Shown: positions 35,403-49,000 of the stretch, piece after piece | Layout of the letters: every line of letters begins with the position of its first letter | Numbering within the stretch: position 1 is the first letter of the stretch | Source: Ascoidea asiatica JCM 7603 | Taxonomy: Eukaryota > Fungi > Ascomycota | Assembly: GCA_001600695.1 (NCBI GenBank) | Contig: BCKQ01000002.1 | Span: forward strand, 1,674,334 to 1,738,333 | Reading direction: 5' to 3' | Length of the DNA stretch: 64,000 nt | Program-made: the position numbers and the translations under genes | The notes under the pieces: generated by a model | The model's database searches: none | What the model was told of the DNA's origin: nothing | Seen by the model: only the letters and a program-made list of their open reading frames with translations

Positions 35403-37919
35403 CTAAATAAACCCATCTAAAGCCCTTAATGCATTACTTAATCTTCTTATACCTTCATCATATCTATCTGGATCTGCTATCATATCTGCAGTTAATTTTG
35501 ATAATGCATCTACTATTTTTTCTAATAATTTTTTCTCATTTAATGGTAAATCTAACCCTGAAAATTCATTACCAATAACTGTTCCTTCTGTTGCATCTAA
35601 AAGTCTGGAAAGTGTAGAATATGAAAATGGTCGAATTTTTTCTTTGCTTTTTTCTCTTTCGTGTAATCTCTTTTTAACATGTCTTTTAGAAGATTTTTTC
35701 TTACTGGATTTTTTTTGTTTTTTTTCTTCATTCAAATTAACAACACCAAGAATTTGAATATCATCATTTTCATCTTCATAATCTAAATCATTTGGATTTA
35801 ATATTTCAGTTACTTCTTCTCTTTTAATTTGAGGTTCTTGAATTTCTTGAATGTCTTCAACTTCTTGAATATCTGGAACATCTTCAATAATTCTTATTAA
35901 TTTTCCTTCAACCACTCTATATCTAACAGGCATTCCATTTTCATCAATATCATTAATAATAGCTTCTTGTTCTTCTAATTGTTTATTGAGTGCACCAGTT
36001 AATTCTTGTAAACTTGCAGAATTTCTTATTGCAACAATATCTCCTTCAACGGTTAAATTATTCATTTTCTTTGGAGAATTTGAATTTTTTTTAAGTTTAA
36101 CTAAAGGTATTGGCAATGGTCTTGGAGCTTTTCTTATAGGTTTAGATTTAGAATTATCTGAACCAGAAGGTGATTTATTTTCATCATTCGCACTTTGAAA
36201 AGATTCCATTGAAGAAATTGCAGTAACATATGAAGATGATTTTTTATGTTTATATTTTCCTGGATTTGTATTATATATTGATAAATCTTTATTATTTATA
36301 TTAATTTTATTTTCAAAATTATTTGAATTATCTAAGGAATTATTGAAATTTGAGTCTTGATTTGAATTTTGATTTAAATTTTGATTTAAATCTTTATTCA
36401 ATTGAGAAATATCTTTAGAAGAAATATCTTTAGAAGTAATTCTAGAAGGAGAATTAATCATGGAAGAATTTCTTTCATTTTGATTATTTATTAATAACAT
36501 TCCAGAATGTGAAGTTGAATTAGATTGAGATCTAGAAGATCTAGTTTTTTGATTTAATAAATCATCTGGTTTAAGAGTTGTTGCACTACTTGTTTTTCTA
36601 CTATCAGTTGTTAAACTTTTTCTTGAATTTAAAATTTGATTTTTTGATTCATTTGAAGCTTTAATTTCATTAATAAAAGTTGAAAGTTCTTCTTCAGTAG
36701 TTATATCTGCAGTTGAAGAATTAGGTTCATTTCTTGTTAAATTTTCTGGTTTTTTAAGAGGTGGAATACTTGGTAATGGTCTTCTTTTATTTTGAGAAGG
36801 AGATGATGAAATATTTAAAGAATTATTTTGATAATTACTTGAAGAATTACTTATAGAATGTTGTAATTGATTTTGAATATCATCATTTTGAGCTAAAATA
36901 AAACTTGTTGGTCTTTTATCAGATCTTGGAGGAATTGGAGAATTTAATTCAATTATATCAGTTCTATCAGGTAATCTATAAAGTGGATTTGAATTTGATC
37001 TTTTATGAGAATTAAAAGGATTAGAATTAGGATTAAGATTTGAATTAAATTGATTGATACTTTTATTAATATTATTATTATTATTATTATTATTTGTATT
37101 GTTATTACTATTTAATCTTAATAGTAAATTTGGTTTAGTTTCTAAAGAATAAACTGATTCCATATCAGGTTCTTCTGGAATACTATTAACTAAACTATGT
37201 TGTCTTGAATGAGAAATTCTTCTTGAATTAATATTATTATTTTTAAAATTAAAAGTTGAATGAGTTGGAGTTTGTGGTTGTTGTTGTGGTAGTTGAGAAT
37301 TAACTGGAAAATGAAAATTTTTTGATTGATTATATTGATTTGAATCATCATTTGTATTAATACTACTATTATTACTTAAAATACTACCTTTAAAAGATTT
37401 TATAGATTCTACATTATTTATATTTGATTTAACATCTTTTCTACCAGTTTTTGATAAAATTAAATTTGAAATTTTTTCTGAATTTAAATTAGATTCTAAA
37501 TTTGAATCTATATTTGATTCAATACCAGTATCAATAGAAGGTAATGAATTTGAAGAAGAAATTTCATCATTTGTATCATTTGAAACAGTAATTATATTTG
37601 AAGGTTTATGATTTAAATCTAAATCTAAATCTAAATTTAAATTTGAATTTAAATTTAAATCATTAGAAGAATTTGATTGAATATCTTTTAAATTTTTAAT
37701 ACCTTTTTTAGATTCTTGTTGTTGTTGTTGTTGATTTTTTAAAGGTGAAATTTTTTCAAAATTAAAAGAATCATGTTGAAATTTATTTGGAGGTTTTAAA
37801 TCATCTAAATTAGATTCAGAATTTGAACGATTATGAGAATTTTGATAAATTGAATCATCAATTAAATTTTTAATTCTTGGATTTGTTTTAAATGAAGTTG
37901 ATCTATCAATATTTATTGA

Positions 37920-37982
<63 letters not shown>

Positions 37983-38579
37983 GTTATTGTTAATATTTTT
38001 ATTATAAAATAAATCTAAATCTTTTAAAGAAGGAGAATTTGGATTTGAATTTTGTTGATTTAAAATTTGATTTAAATTATAATTTTCATTACTACCACCT
38101 GAATAATGTTGAACAGGAATTCCTTCAACAACTTGACCAGAATATTGAGAAACAAAAGAATGTCTTGAAGATACAAAACTATTTCTATTTTTATTATTTA
38201 TATTATTTGAATTATTTGTATTTATACTTGTTATATTATTATTACTATTACTATTATTATTATAATCAATTAAAGTATTTGAATCTAATTTATTCTTATC
38301 ATTATTATTATTTAAATCTAAAACTTTACTCATTGAAGGTGTTAAAGTTTTATAAGATCTTGGAGAATTTGAATTAGTAATTTGATTATTTTGATTATTT
38401 TGAAAACTTGATCTATTTGATATATTTGAAATATTTGAAATATTTCTTTTTGGAGTTAAGGGAGTTGTTAAAGAAGTTGAAGAATCATTATTTAAATTTG
38501 ATAAAGATATATCATAAATAGAATTTTGATTTGAAGGTGATCTCTTCGGGGATATATATGGATGAGAAGTTAATTCCAT
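35403..38579 (-). CDS. NBA1: Nba1/Nis1-family bud-neck protein
   Basis: C-terminal GTVIGNEF...EKKLLEKIVDALSKLTADMIADPDRYDEGIRRL...ALDGF and internal IPPRSDKRP; the remainder is N/S-rich and disordered. Confidence 0.8.
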
Positions 38580-39595
38580 TTAAAATATTAAAAATATTAA
38601 AAATGTTGATGATAAAGCAAAATATTAAATTAGCAAATATTTATTTTAAAAACTAAGTTTTAAGTAATTTGAATATTACAAAAAAAGATTTCTCTTTGTT
38701 TATAATTGTTATATCTTAAGCCTTCGATTGTAAGATTTGAAAAGAAAAGAAAAGAAAAGAAAAGAAAAGAAAAGAAACTAATTACTGGTAAAATATTTTT
38801 TTTTTTTTTTTTTTTGTTTCTAGGATGGAAGATTGGTTTCTAAGATAAATAAAAGAAAAGAAATAAAGAGAATTGAAAATAATTGAATCGAATTGAATCG
38901 AATTGAATCGAATTGAACTGAATTGAACTGAATTGAATTGAACTGAATTGAAATGAAATGAAAAACAAGGTAATGGTAAAGGAAGATGAAAGAAAGAAAG
39001 AAGCAAAGAAATTACCGAAGAGAATATAAATATTTTAACCAGATTATTCAAATTGTTGTCATTACCAGATTCAGGAGATTAATGAATAAACAAAGATTTT
39101 AAGATTGTTGTGATCTTGTTTTATTGTTTTTTTTTTGTTTTTTATTGTTTATTTTGTTTCCTGTTTTGAACCTTCTCAGCTTTTATCAGATCTTGAGTTT
39201 CAGTTGCAGTTTTAGAACAGAGCCAGGCAAATAAAAAGAAAAAGAAGCAGAAGCAGAAGCAGGGGTTTGTTTGTTTACCAATTGCCTGTTTGGGAAGGGC
39301 AGATCTAGATCCCAGCGAGAATAAAGCTAGACGGCGAGAGGAAACGTGACACAAGAGAGACCACAACTACCAATTTTGCTTTGGAGACCAGTTCTGTGGA
39401 TTGAAGGTACTACACTGCCACTAAAACTACTTCTGGGGGAACGGTGGCGCGTGCGCTGAGTTTCTTCTAAATTTAAAATGCAAAAGCAACCGGAAATCCG
39501 TGCCACGGCTGCCCTTTGACTGTGATTGTTAATCATTTTATTCTTTTATTGGAATTGTCTTCGAATATTCTAGGCTATTCTTAGACTTTCTCAGA

Positions 39596-39792
39596 TTGCA
39601 TAGATTGTTCTACGACTACATTATATTGCGTTCTCAGAACTTCTGTGTGCATAGAACAATACTTTATTCTATTTCTTTTCTTAAGTATGGGAAGTGAACT
39701 TTCACATACTAAATTTACAAATTTATTCTTAAGATGGGTTACCCGCTCCTATTTTCCACTAATATAAATAGGGCACTTACCTCCCATATTTT
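39596..39792. ncRNA. Putative structured small RNA (three hairpins; H/ACA-like boxes possible)
   Basis: Stems 39604-39614/39650-39660, 39684-39689/39705-39710, and 39734-39738/39783-39787 enclosing 39748-39754/39766-39772. No target was assigned and the strand is unresolved. Confidence 0.3.
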
Positions 39793-41379
39793 TTATATAA
39801 TTTTTATATATTTTATATTTTAATTAACAATTGTTTATAATTCGAATTAGATATCTTCTTAGTAATAATTAGATATTTCGCTCGAACTACAATCACCGTT
39901 GCGCCACCTTGCCGTCCTCCGTCTCTCGTGACGGTGTCTTGCTATTCGTTGATCTTAAGCGTTGTCCCAGATAAAGCTAATGTTAACGTTAATGTCAACG
40001 TTACTTTGATTCCAATTCTGTGCTTGATTACGTTACCACAAACGTTAATTGGGAAAATATTTGAAGCCAGTTTAACAGTTATTAGTAATAACAATTATAA
40101 AATATTATTGTGTGAAAAATAAACATTTCTGTATTTCAATACATACGAAATATTTCAATGGATCTAATCTTAAATGATTAGATTGATTAATAACTATATT
40201 TTGAATGAAAATTGATGAAAATTTTAATTTGATGAAGATTCTTTTTTTTTTTCAATTTTATTATCTAACTGGTTCAATATTCACTTCAAAGTACAAATAT
40301 TTCAATCTTTCTTTCATTTATTACAGTATACATTCTCGTAAATAATTTTTTATTGTTCATCAATAAGAAAAATTATTGAAAACTCTAAGTGTCTTGTTTT
40401 GAAATTAGGATTTATAATCTCAAGATACATTTACATTATTCACTTCAAGCATTTTCAATAATTTTGCTACTACCGATAGTAATTAAGAACAAAAAAAGAA
40501 AAAAAAAAAAATTCAGAAAGATTTTCACTGGTTTTCATCAATCTTACTCGATCTTGCTTTTAATGATGTTCGCTTCACAAGTTAATACAATATAATACTT
40601 ATTATTCGAATACGGTACAATTCACGATAAAAACTTTGTAATGTAAATAATTAAAAATCAATAAATAATTTGAAATAAAAATATAATAGACTAAAATAAA
40701 ACAGAAATGCTTTCAATCAAAAGTAATATCTTTTACAGTTTTATTTTTCATGTTAGAAAAACAGAAGTTGATCATAATATATACAAATTTTTTTGAAATA
40801 GAAGCTAAATATTTTTTCTATGAAAGTAAATAATTTAACCCTAATTAATGTTTTACTATATAAAGAATGAAGAATATTCAATTGAGAAATAAAATGATTG
40901 AATCATGAATCAGTGAATCAGTGAAAGAGTGAGTGATAGTGACATTAAATTCGAGACCAGAATAAATTAAGCGAGTGAGGTTAAATTAAAATTGAAGTTA
41001 AAAATAAATGATTTTAAGTGGAACTTATGAACAAAAAGAAAAGAAAAGAAAAGAAAATGAAAGTATAAAGAATGAGAATGAGAATGAGAATCAAAATAAG
41101 AATGAAAATGAAAATGAAATAATAAAAAAAAAAAGAATAAATGGAGTTTTTTTTTTTAGTTTGAGTTAAACGAAGATAATTAAAATTGAAAGAGGAAAAT
41201 CAAAAATATGGTTAAATAACAAAAAAACAAAATGACAAATATTTCAAAGAGTGAGAATTAACAAAAATTTAAAATAAAAAAAAGAATTAAAAAAAAAAAT
41301 ATTAGCAAATTACATCATTATTCCATCCCTTTACAAACTTTGTTTTCAATCAAAAAAATATAATTAAATAACAAATTAA

Positions 41380-43035
41380 CTATTTAGGATGACCATTTGA
41401 CCCAGAATAATAATTTGTTTGTTGTTGATTATCATTAGATGTTTGACTCAGAAATTTTTCAGTCGATAAAGCATTATTATTGTTAATGATATTTCCAATG
41501 CAATTGTTTTCATCAATTTTTTCATTTTCATTATCACTATTCTTATGATCTTTTTTCTCTTCTTTTTTTTCAGCCTTTTGATCTCTTTTATGAAGTTTCA
41601 TATGCCTTGTCATATTAGATCTAACTGAAAAAAATCTTCCACATCCCTCCCATGTACATTGAAATGGTTTTTCACCAGTATGAGAATAAACATGAGTTTG
41701 TAATGATGAAGGTCTTTTGAATTGTTTACGACATTTTTGGCATCGATTTCTAGCAGCAGTTTCGGGAGTCATTCCAGATGTTGTTGCATAACTGTTTGTT
41801 CTTCTCCTTCTTCTAGTCTTTCCTGTTGAAGTTACTTTTGATGACAAAGGTAAGGAATCTTCTAAAGAGCCTATCTTTGTTCCAGAATTTGGCATTGATA
41901 TACTTTGTGATGATATATGTCCTATAGGTGAACTTGATGATTGTTCAGGAAGAGAAGTTAATTGTGAATTAGTAATTATATTTAAATTTCGGAAATCCGT
42001 TGCTAAAGGATAATTTAGTCTTTGATTTCCTAATTGATTGGGTAAAGTTCTAAAATTAAGTTGGTTATTTGTTTCTAAAATATTATTTGAAATACCAGTC
42101 AAGGAATTCTGATTTGAAGTAGAATTTGGTGATACATTATTAATTGTAGGAATATGAAGTGTGTCTTCTTGTTTGAAAGACTGAGCCGCCTGAAAAGATG
42201 TTGAATAACCTGAGAAAAACTGAGATGAATTAGACGTGTTATTCGATGGATAAACAGATGGAAATTGAACTTGTTGATTTTGTTCTTGAGTAGGAGTTAC
42301 TACCGGGTTAGGTACTGAATTAATTGGTGGAATGTTTGAAGATGAATTAGAAAAGAAAGGATTTTGAGAATTAGTATATGCATTAGGATCTAAACCCAAA
42401 TTTGTGCTTGATTGACTTTGAATAAAATTTGTATTAATTTCTCCCAGTTTAGGAAGATTTAATTGCCCCTGAGTAGATGAATTGGAAGGTTGAGTAGAAT
42501 ACGCAGTAGACCATTGAGGTAAAGACAGATAATATGGTAAGGTAGCTTGAGAATATATTTGTGGAGGTGGAAAAGCAGAAGGATTTGAATATATTGTTGG
42601 AGGAAATTGAGATGGATGATTTAAATATGTTGATGGTTGTTGATTAAGCTGAGGTAAATAATTTGCTGGAATAGTATAACTTTGATTAGGTTGCAATTGA
42701 TTAGATTGTTGTTGTTGCTGTTGCTGATGATTTTGTTGTTCCAATACTTGAAAATCCTGATTGAAAGCCAGATTATTTTGAGTAATGAATTGATTTGCAT
42801 TTAAAGGATCTTGATATTGCAGTGATGGATTTGCGTTATACTGATTATACTGTCCAGAATTATTTGGCAAATCTTTTATTACATAACTCATTCTTGAAGT
42901 ATTATTGTCTTGGTTTTCCCCTTTTATTTTTTTATCCTCTTTATTTTGATTATTGTGATTATTATTGGGTTGATTATTATATTGATTATCATATATATTA
43001 TAAGGAGGTTTGGGTGGTGTAGACATAATGAACAT
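41380..43035 (-). CDS. Two-finger C2H2 transcription factor of the Ofi1/MtfA/Loz1 type
   Basis: CQKCRKQFKRPSSLQTHVYSHTGEKPFQCTWEGCGRFFSVRSNMTRHMKLH; RPSSL..H.YSH and SVRSNM.RH are family signatures. Q/N/P-rich N-terminus; KTRRRRR NLS. Confidence 0.85.
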   Translation of the reverse strand: MFIMSTPPKPPYNIYDNQYNNQPNNNHNNQNKEDKKIKGENQDNNTSRMSYVIKDLPNNSGQYNQYNANPSLQYQDPLNANQFITQNNLAFNQDFQVLEQQNHQQQQQQQSNQLQPNQSYTIPANYLPQLNQQPSTYLNHPSQFPPTIYSNPSAFPPPQIYSQATLPYYLSLPQWSTAYSTQPSNSSTQGQLNLPKLGEINTNFIQSQSSTNLGLDPNAYTNSQNPFFSNSSSNIPPINSVPNPVVTPTQEQNQQVQFPSVYPSNNTSNSSQFFSGYSTSFQAAQSFKQEDTLHIPTINNVSPNSTSNQNSLTGISNNILETNNQLNFRTLPNQLGNQRLNYPLATDFRNLNIITNSQLTSLPEQSSSSPIGHISSQSISMPNSGTKIGSLEDSLPLSSKVTSTGKTRRRRRTNSYATTSGMTPETAARNRCQKCRKQFKRPSSLQTHVYSHTGEKPFQCTWEGCGRFFSVRSNMTRHMKLHKRDQKAEKKEEKKDHKNSDNENEKIDENNCIGNIINNNNALSTEKFLSQTSNDNQQQTNYYSGSNGHPK

Positions 43036-46000
43036 TTCCCAGAACTTGTTTACTCCTTTTAAACTTATTACTATAATAATTATAGAAAATTTTATTAAAT
43101 TTGAAAAGTAATTTACCCCAAAGAAAAAGATTTAAGATGATTATTTTTTGATTGAAATTTCCTTTTTTTTTGAATATTAACTAAAGATGAATAATAGAAT
43201 GAAGAAATGTATATACTTGTAGTATAAATTTAATACTTAATGAATATCAAAGATCTGAAATTAATTTAAGATTTATTTATGAAAATCCGAAAATGAAGTA
43301 TTGATGATTATTAATGCTAATTATTATATTAAGAAAAAAGATCAGTGAAATAGATGAAGAATTTGATTTTCAATTTAGAATAAATTTAGTCTTTATAGTG
43401 GTTTAAAATGAAGAGAATTCCTTAAAGTACTTATAATTTGAGAATTATAATATATATTATATTATCTTTTTTTGATTAAACAATAGTTTCTTTTTCCATA
43501 TAAATTTGATTATTAAAAATCAAAAGAAAGAAAAATAATGATAAAAAAAATGAAAAAACAATAAAAAGTATAGTAATTAATTAATAAAAAAATGTATTAA
43601 ATGATTATTTTGAGAATCTGTAGTACAGTAATAAGTAAATAGAGTATGTAGTATTAGTAGTGTAGATAATATATGAAAACAATGAATGAAGAAAATAAAT
43701 GAAAACAATAAATGAAGACAAAATAAAAAATATAGAAATGGAAAAAAAAAAGATTGGCAGAAGAAAATCATTTTATAATAAAAGTCAAAAAGAAATTTCT
43801 TTTATTATATAAAGCATATCAGAAGTTCAAAAGGGTAAAAAAAAACGGTATTATTAAGATATACCGTTGGCAGCGATCGCTACAGTAAGTTAACTGTACA
43901 ATGAAGCTTGGTATGAGAATTAGAATTCAAAGAAAATGTTTAAAAATTGTAAGTTGTAACTTTGAAAAGTGGATTACTTTTGGACAATAAAGCATTAAAC
44001 AGATGATATCGATATGCTGTAATTATATCCCAGGCAAACCTAGAAACTAAAAGTAAAGTACATGAATGTGAATTTATTCTGATGATCAACAAAAAACAAA
44101 AAAGATTTGATATTGTGCAGCTCCAAATTGTTTTTCGAATAGTTTTCAAGTTTTTTCTGAGAGTGATTTCAAAAAATGAGATCACTTAGAAATTTGAAAA
44201 CAGTATGAATCAGTGTAATATTTTATTTTATTACAATTATTGTTATAAACTATCTTTCTGAAAATTCAAAATTTGGAAAAAAAAAATGGTATCTATGGTA
44301 CTGAATTATATTTTCATTCAGACAGTCAATCATATAAATTACTATAATCCGATTGAAATAATAAATATTAATTATATTTCTTTTTGGTTTTAACCGGTGA
44401 AATTGTGAATATCAAGATAAATCACATACGTATCTATGAGAAATTGAGAAATAGGAATTTTGATATTATTCTTTTAAAATATATTGTATTTAACCATGAA
44501 TTCTACGATAAATATCTTAAAAATATCTAATATATTTAATTTTAAAACTTTCAAAAGAATTTAAAAGTTTTGTTTTCTGTATTAGAATTCTTTTTGAGTA
44601 GCATGGTTTTTCTCTTTAGTACTAAAATTTTGTATGTGACAAAGAAAAATTTTGAATATATTATTTTGAAATTTGTATTTGTAAGAATTTTACAATATTA
44701 GACAGCATTTTCTGTAGCACTACGTAAAAAAACTAGACCTACTAAAAAAGGCAAGGATGCTTAACTTTAGGTGCTTCACATAAAATAGCGAAAGTTATAA
44801 TGATATTTGTTTTTATTGTAGATTAGGCAAAATTTTTTTTTTATTGTTTCTTTGTTTCTTTTTAAAAGACATGGATGAAAGAAGAAAAAAAAGAACTCTT
44901 TTGGGGCTATTGAAAGTTTCCAATTAATGGAGTGAATGCTGCTCTTTAATGAAAGTATAAGCTTCGATTCAATTATCTTTCATTAATATTATTATAATTA
45001 TTAAATTTAGAAAAATAAGAAAAAATAAAGCAAATCCACTCAAGCTCGTGTTCAAAGGAGTTCTTATGTTTGATTCTTGTTTTGCTGAATAAATTAAAAA
45101 AGGAAATATATTTTCTTCTTCAATTAACCTTAAATGCACACCTCTTTTAAACGGAAGCAGCTCAATATAAGAAGAAAAATAGGTAAAAATTTTGAAAATA
45201 ATACTACAGCAAAATACAGACGAACATACAATTATACAGCCTTATGCAGACTATAACGTTTTGCTCTCCACTTTGTGCAGATAGGGGTATTGACAATAGA
45301 ACTCGAATAAATAGGATGATTTTGAGAATTATTTTATTTTGCTCATAAAATATGAGGCAACACAGCTTCCTTTTATTTTTCCTCTTCATAAATGAAAGTT
45401 GCGAGTTGTCGCTTTGCAGCTTCTTTAACTTTCAAGCTTAAAAAACTAATATGTCTTGGGTTGAACAGTTACACATTGCTGTATAGTTACAAATTATTTT
45501 CTCTAATGCTACTATATTTACCATACCATCAGTAGTATTTGGTTCAAATATAAAAAACCTTTGAAAATGGTATATTTAACTCTACGAAAATTTAGCGGGA
45601 AATTTTTGAGATTGATTGATATTGACAGTGCTCTGAGATTGGCGTCAGCTATTGAGGCAAAGATAGTAAAATTGTGGTTTTTATATTTTCATGGCATTTC
45701 TGCTCATTGACCTTTAACGCATAATATTCTGCTGATTATGCTGATCATCCGGATTAGAAAGATTGAAAAAAATGAAAATCAAATAATAGCATTCAAGTGT
45801 ATTATGACGCTTAATATTTAATTAGTGAGATCCGCCGCGCGTCTGCAGACATACTGAATACTTTTTAATTTATAAAACGCTGTGCAAAGCATAAAGCTAG
45901 GACAAATACTGCAAATGTTCAATTTTTCCAGAGTTCCGTGAAAAAACAACTATTAATAGAGCAAAGAATTACAATACGCCGGCGGCTCTGAGATTTCAGT

Positions 46001-49000
46001 AAAATTTCTGGAGCCTGAAGAATCAGAATCCTGATTTGGGACAAAGGGGATAGGACTGGGCCGCACCGGTTTTAGGATCGTCGAAACCTTTCTGAGTGAC
46101 TTAATGTGAATTGATTCATAAATACGGAAGTTATTAACTTGAATGGACCCTATGGCTTTTGCTTGAATGTTTATAGCAGGATTTTATAAAGATCGTTTAT
46201 CATTAAAGCTTTTCCAATTTTATGGCGACTAGCCATTAGAGTGACATTGAAAATTGATTGGCTGAGTTTTTTGTCTTGGCTTTTTCCAGTTTCAAATTGT
46301 TATTATTTTGCTGAATTTATACTCAATAATAAAAATATTTTGAAACAGCTTATATTGAAATTTTGAAACGAGGTAAAAGAGTGAAAAAAACAAACAATAT
46401 CACATGGTTTAAATAAATAATAATACTGCAGATTGTTCTTTATCTTCATTTTAAATTTATTGTAAAGTATAAATATATTCTTTCAAAATATAGTATTGAA
46501 AGTTCTTTTGAAAAAATCCTTTTTAGTGTACAAACACTCAAATTCTCTTTCTTTACAAGATTGTGGTTGTAAGGAAAGAGAATTTGCACACACAGCCAAT
46601 AAATGGTGTTTTATCTTTCGGTCGTCTGGATCTTGGTGGTAGTTCCAATATTGTGTCAGCTGCAGAACGTACCTTGCATGGCTGTTCAACTTTAAATTGG
46701 CTGCATGCACAAAAATGGCAGTAAGAAGCTACCAATATTCCGGTCTACAAGGACTGGATGGAGGTATACTTGCACAATTTACTCTGCGCTCAGTTTCTAT
46801 TCCTATTTATCAGTTTATCTTAAATTCACAAAAAAATATTATGAATCAATTTGTTTGATACAGTTAAAATACTAGAATTCGAAATGGAAGTAGAATTTGA
46901 AACAGAATTGGAATCAACTAAGAAAAATATAAAAAGAATTAGAAACAAAGTTAGAAATGTTCATTAAACTGCTTTTTGTAAAATTTATCGTTTTTCCAAA
47001 TATTGATTATTCCTTGAAGATGGTATATCTTCTGCATATAATCGATTCAGAATGGTTTTTGCTGGTTCTATCAGGAAGATAATTAATTATCATATATATA
47101 TATATATATCTTGGAATTGTAACAAATAGGCTATATATAGGCTATTAATGCCCAACTGTATATAGACAATGAAACAAAAAAGTTTTTTTTATAGACATAT
47201 TTGTCTCGGATAGCTTCTCTTATAACCAAATAATTTCAATGCGATAGTGATTTAACAAAAATCATACAACTAAGATAGGTTTTATTAACTTGAGACTTTT
47301 AATTCGATTTACCCGTTGTTTTTGAAATAGCTGATTGAATTCATTGAAAAATATGATTGTTCATTATTGATTTTTCGAATAATATTTGCTTTTTTTTTAA
47401 CTCTTTTTTAAATTGTTTTCTTAATTTCAGTAATTTCGATATTGAAAAATTTACGAATATTAATATTTCTAAAATTTACGGTATCATGTCTTATAACCTA
47501 AGTTAAAATGGCGCTTTTTTTCTCACCTTTTGAAAACAAGACTTGGAATTCATGATACCTATGTTTTTTTTTTTTTTTTTCACTACCGAAAGTTTATTAT
47601 TCTTATTTCGAAATCTTAAAGTTTTCAAACATTATTTTTAATTAAATGGATATTGAGAAAGTGATATTTATGCAAATATCACCAGAAGAAAGAAAGAATC
47701 GTAAGAGATTAGAATGAACACTTAAAGTCCGTGATATGCATACACTATTAAATCAATTCATAATCTAAGAATAATCTATTATTTTAAAACGATCATCAAG
47801 CCAAATTTAAAAATAACCATAGTCTATTGTTTTTTTTCAAAGATAATTCCTTTAGCTGGATATTTTCTTCTTTTTTCGAGATATCTATACCGACGCTATA
47901 TTCTTTCATAAACTAGAAACCGTGTACACTGCACTATCTGTGATTTCACTCGTAAGTTTCTACTCACACAAGGTTAAAAGAAGACCTTAGTCAGAAATGT
48001 GAGTATATATTTTTGTACCTTACATGTTTCAATGAAATTCATGCACCAATTAGATCAAATTTATCAATAATCCGGCAACAATCAAGCACTAATCAAGCTC
48101 CAATCCCTGCAAGACCATTTAAGAGTTCCTCACCCATAATCAATATCAAAAAACTCTTGTTTTCTTTTTGCTTTTTTTGGAATTAATCTTTACTTATTTC
48201 ATAGAAAAAAGGTACCAAATCTAGTAGATCTACAAATAGAAAACTATTTTCAAGTTCAAATATCTGAAGAATTATTCTACTGTGAGTTTTCACTTATCAA
48301 TGACTTCAATAATTAATCCTGGTTGAAAACAATTATTTTTTAAGCTAAATACTTCAATACAATTTTCAAATTTTAAAATCGTTAGATTTTTCAATCAAAA
48401 AAAGAACAAAAACTGAAATTACACTTAGTCTCCAAATTATTCATATAATATTTTTAAAATTCAACAAAATCAATTAATCTCAATATTTTTTTGGCTTAAC
48501 TTGACCTCTTTCTTTTTAGTTGAAATAAATTACTTCAAATATCAGAATTTATCAAAGAATTTGTAGAGAATTCCTTGATTTTTACTACTGTAGCACGTTT
48601 TATAAATTTTTAAATTGTGAAATGTAACTTCTTCCTTTTGTAAGCTATTTACATACCTATCAATGAGAAATTTCTCAAACTGAATTTGCAAAGCTTATTA
48701 GAATAGTTACATACAAATTTTTCTTTATGAAATGTAAATTCCTCTCTAAATTACACCTAGAGAACTTTGTATAATCTATTTTACAGTAGTTGCACTTGTT
48801 TAATTCCAACATGAAAACTCTCGTGTAATCTCAATTATCTAACTACTTCAAATTCACAATAAACAAATAAGAATATTAACTATTTAAAAGGTAATTATGA
48901 TCTGACACCTTATCGATGAACAATAGCTTTTAATCTCAAACGTTAGAACCGTCACTCAGACCAACCGACCAACGTATTTCCGTTTTTGGACAATATTACG

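Noticed and set aside
39775-39900. U1 snRNA starting at ACTTACCT
   Set aside because: Followed by unstructured AT-only sequence with no U1-70K stem-loop.
46399-46620. Point centromere from CDEI-like ATCACATG (also considered at 1728)
   Set aside because: No CDEIII CCGAA at a suitable distance, and the motif is common in promoters here.
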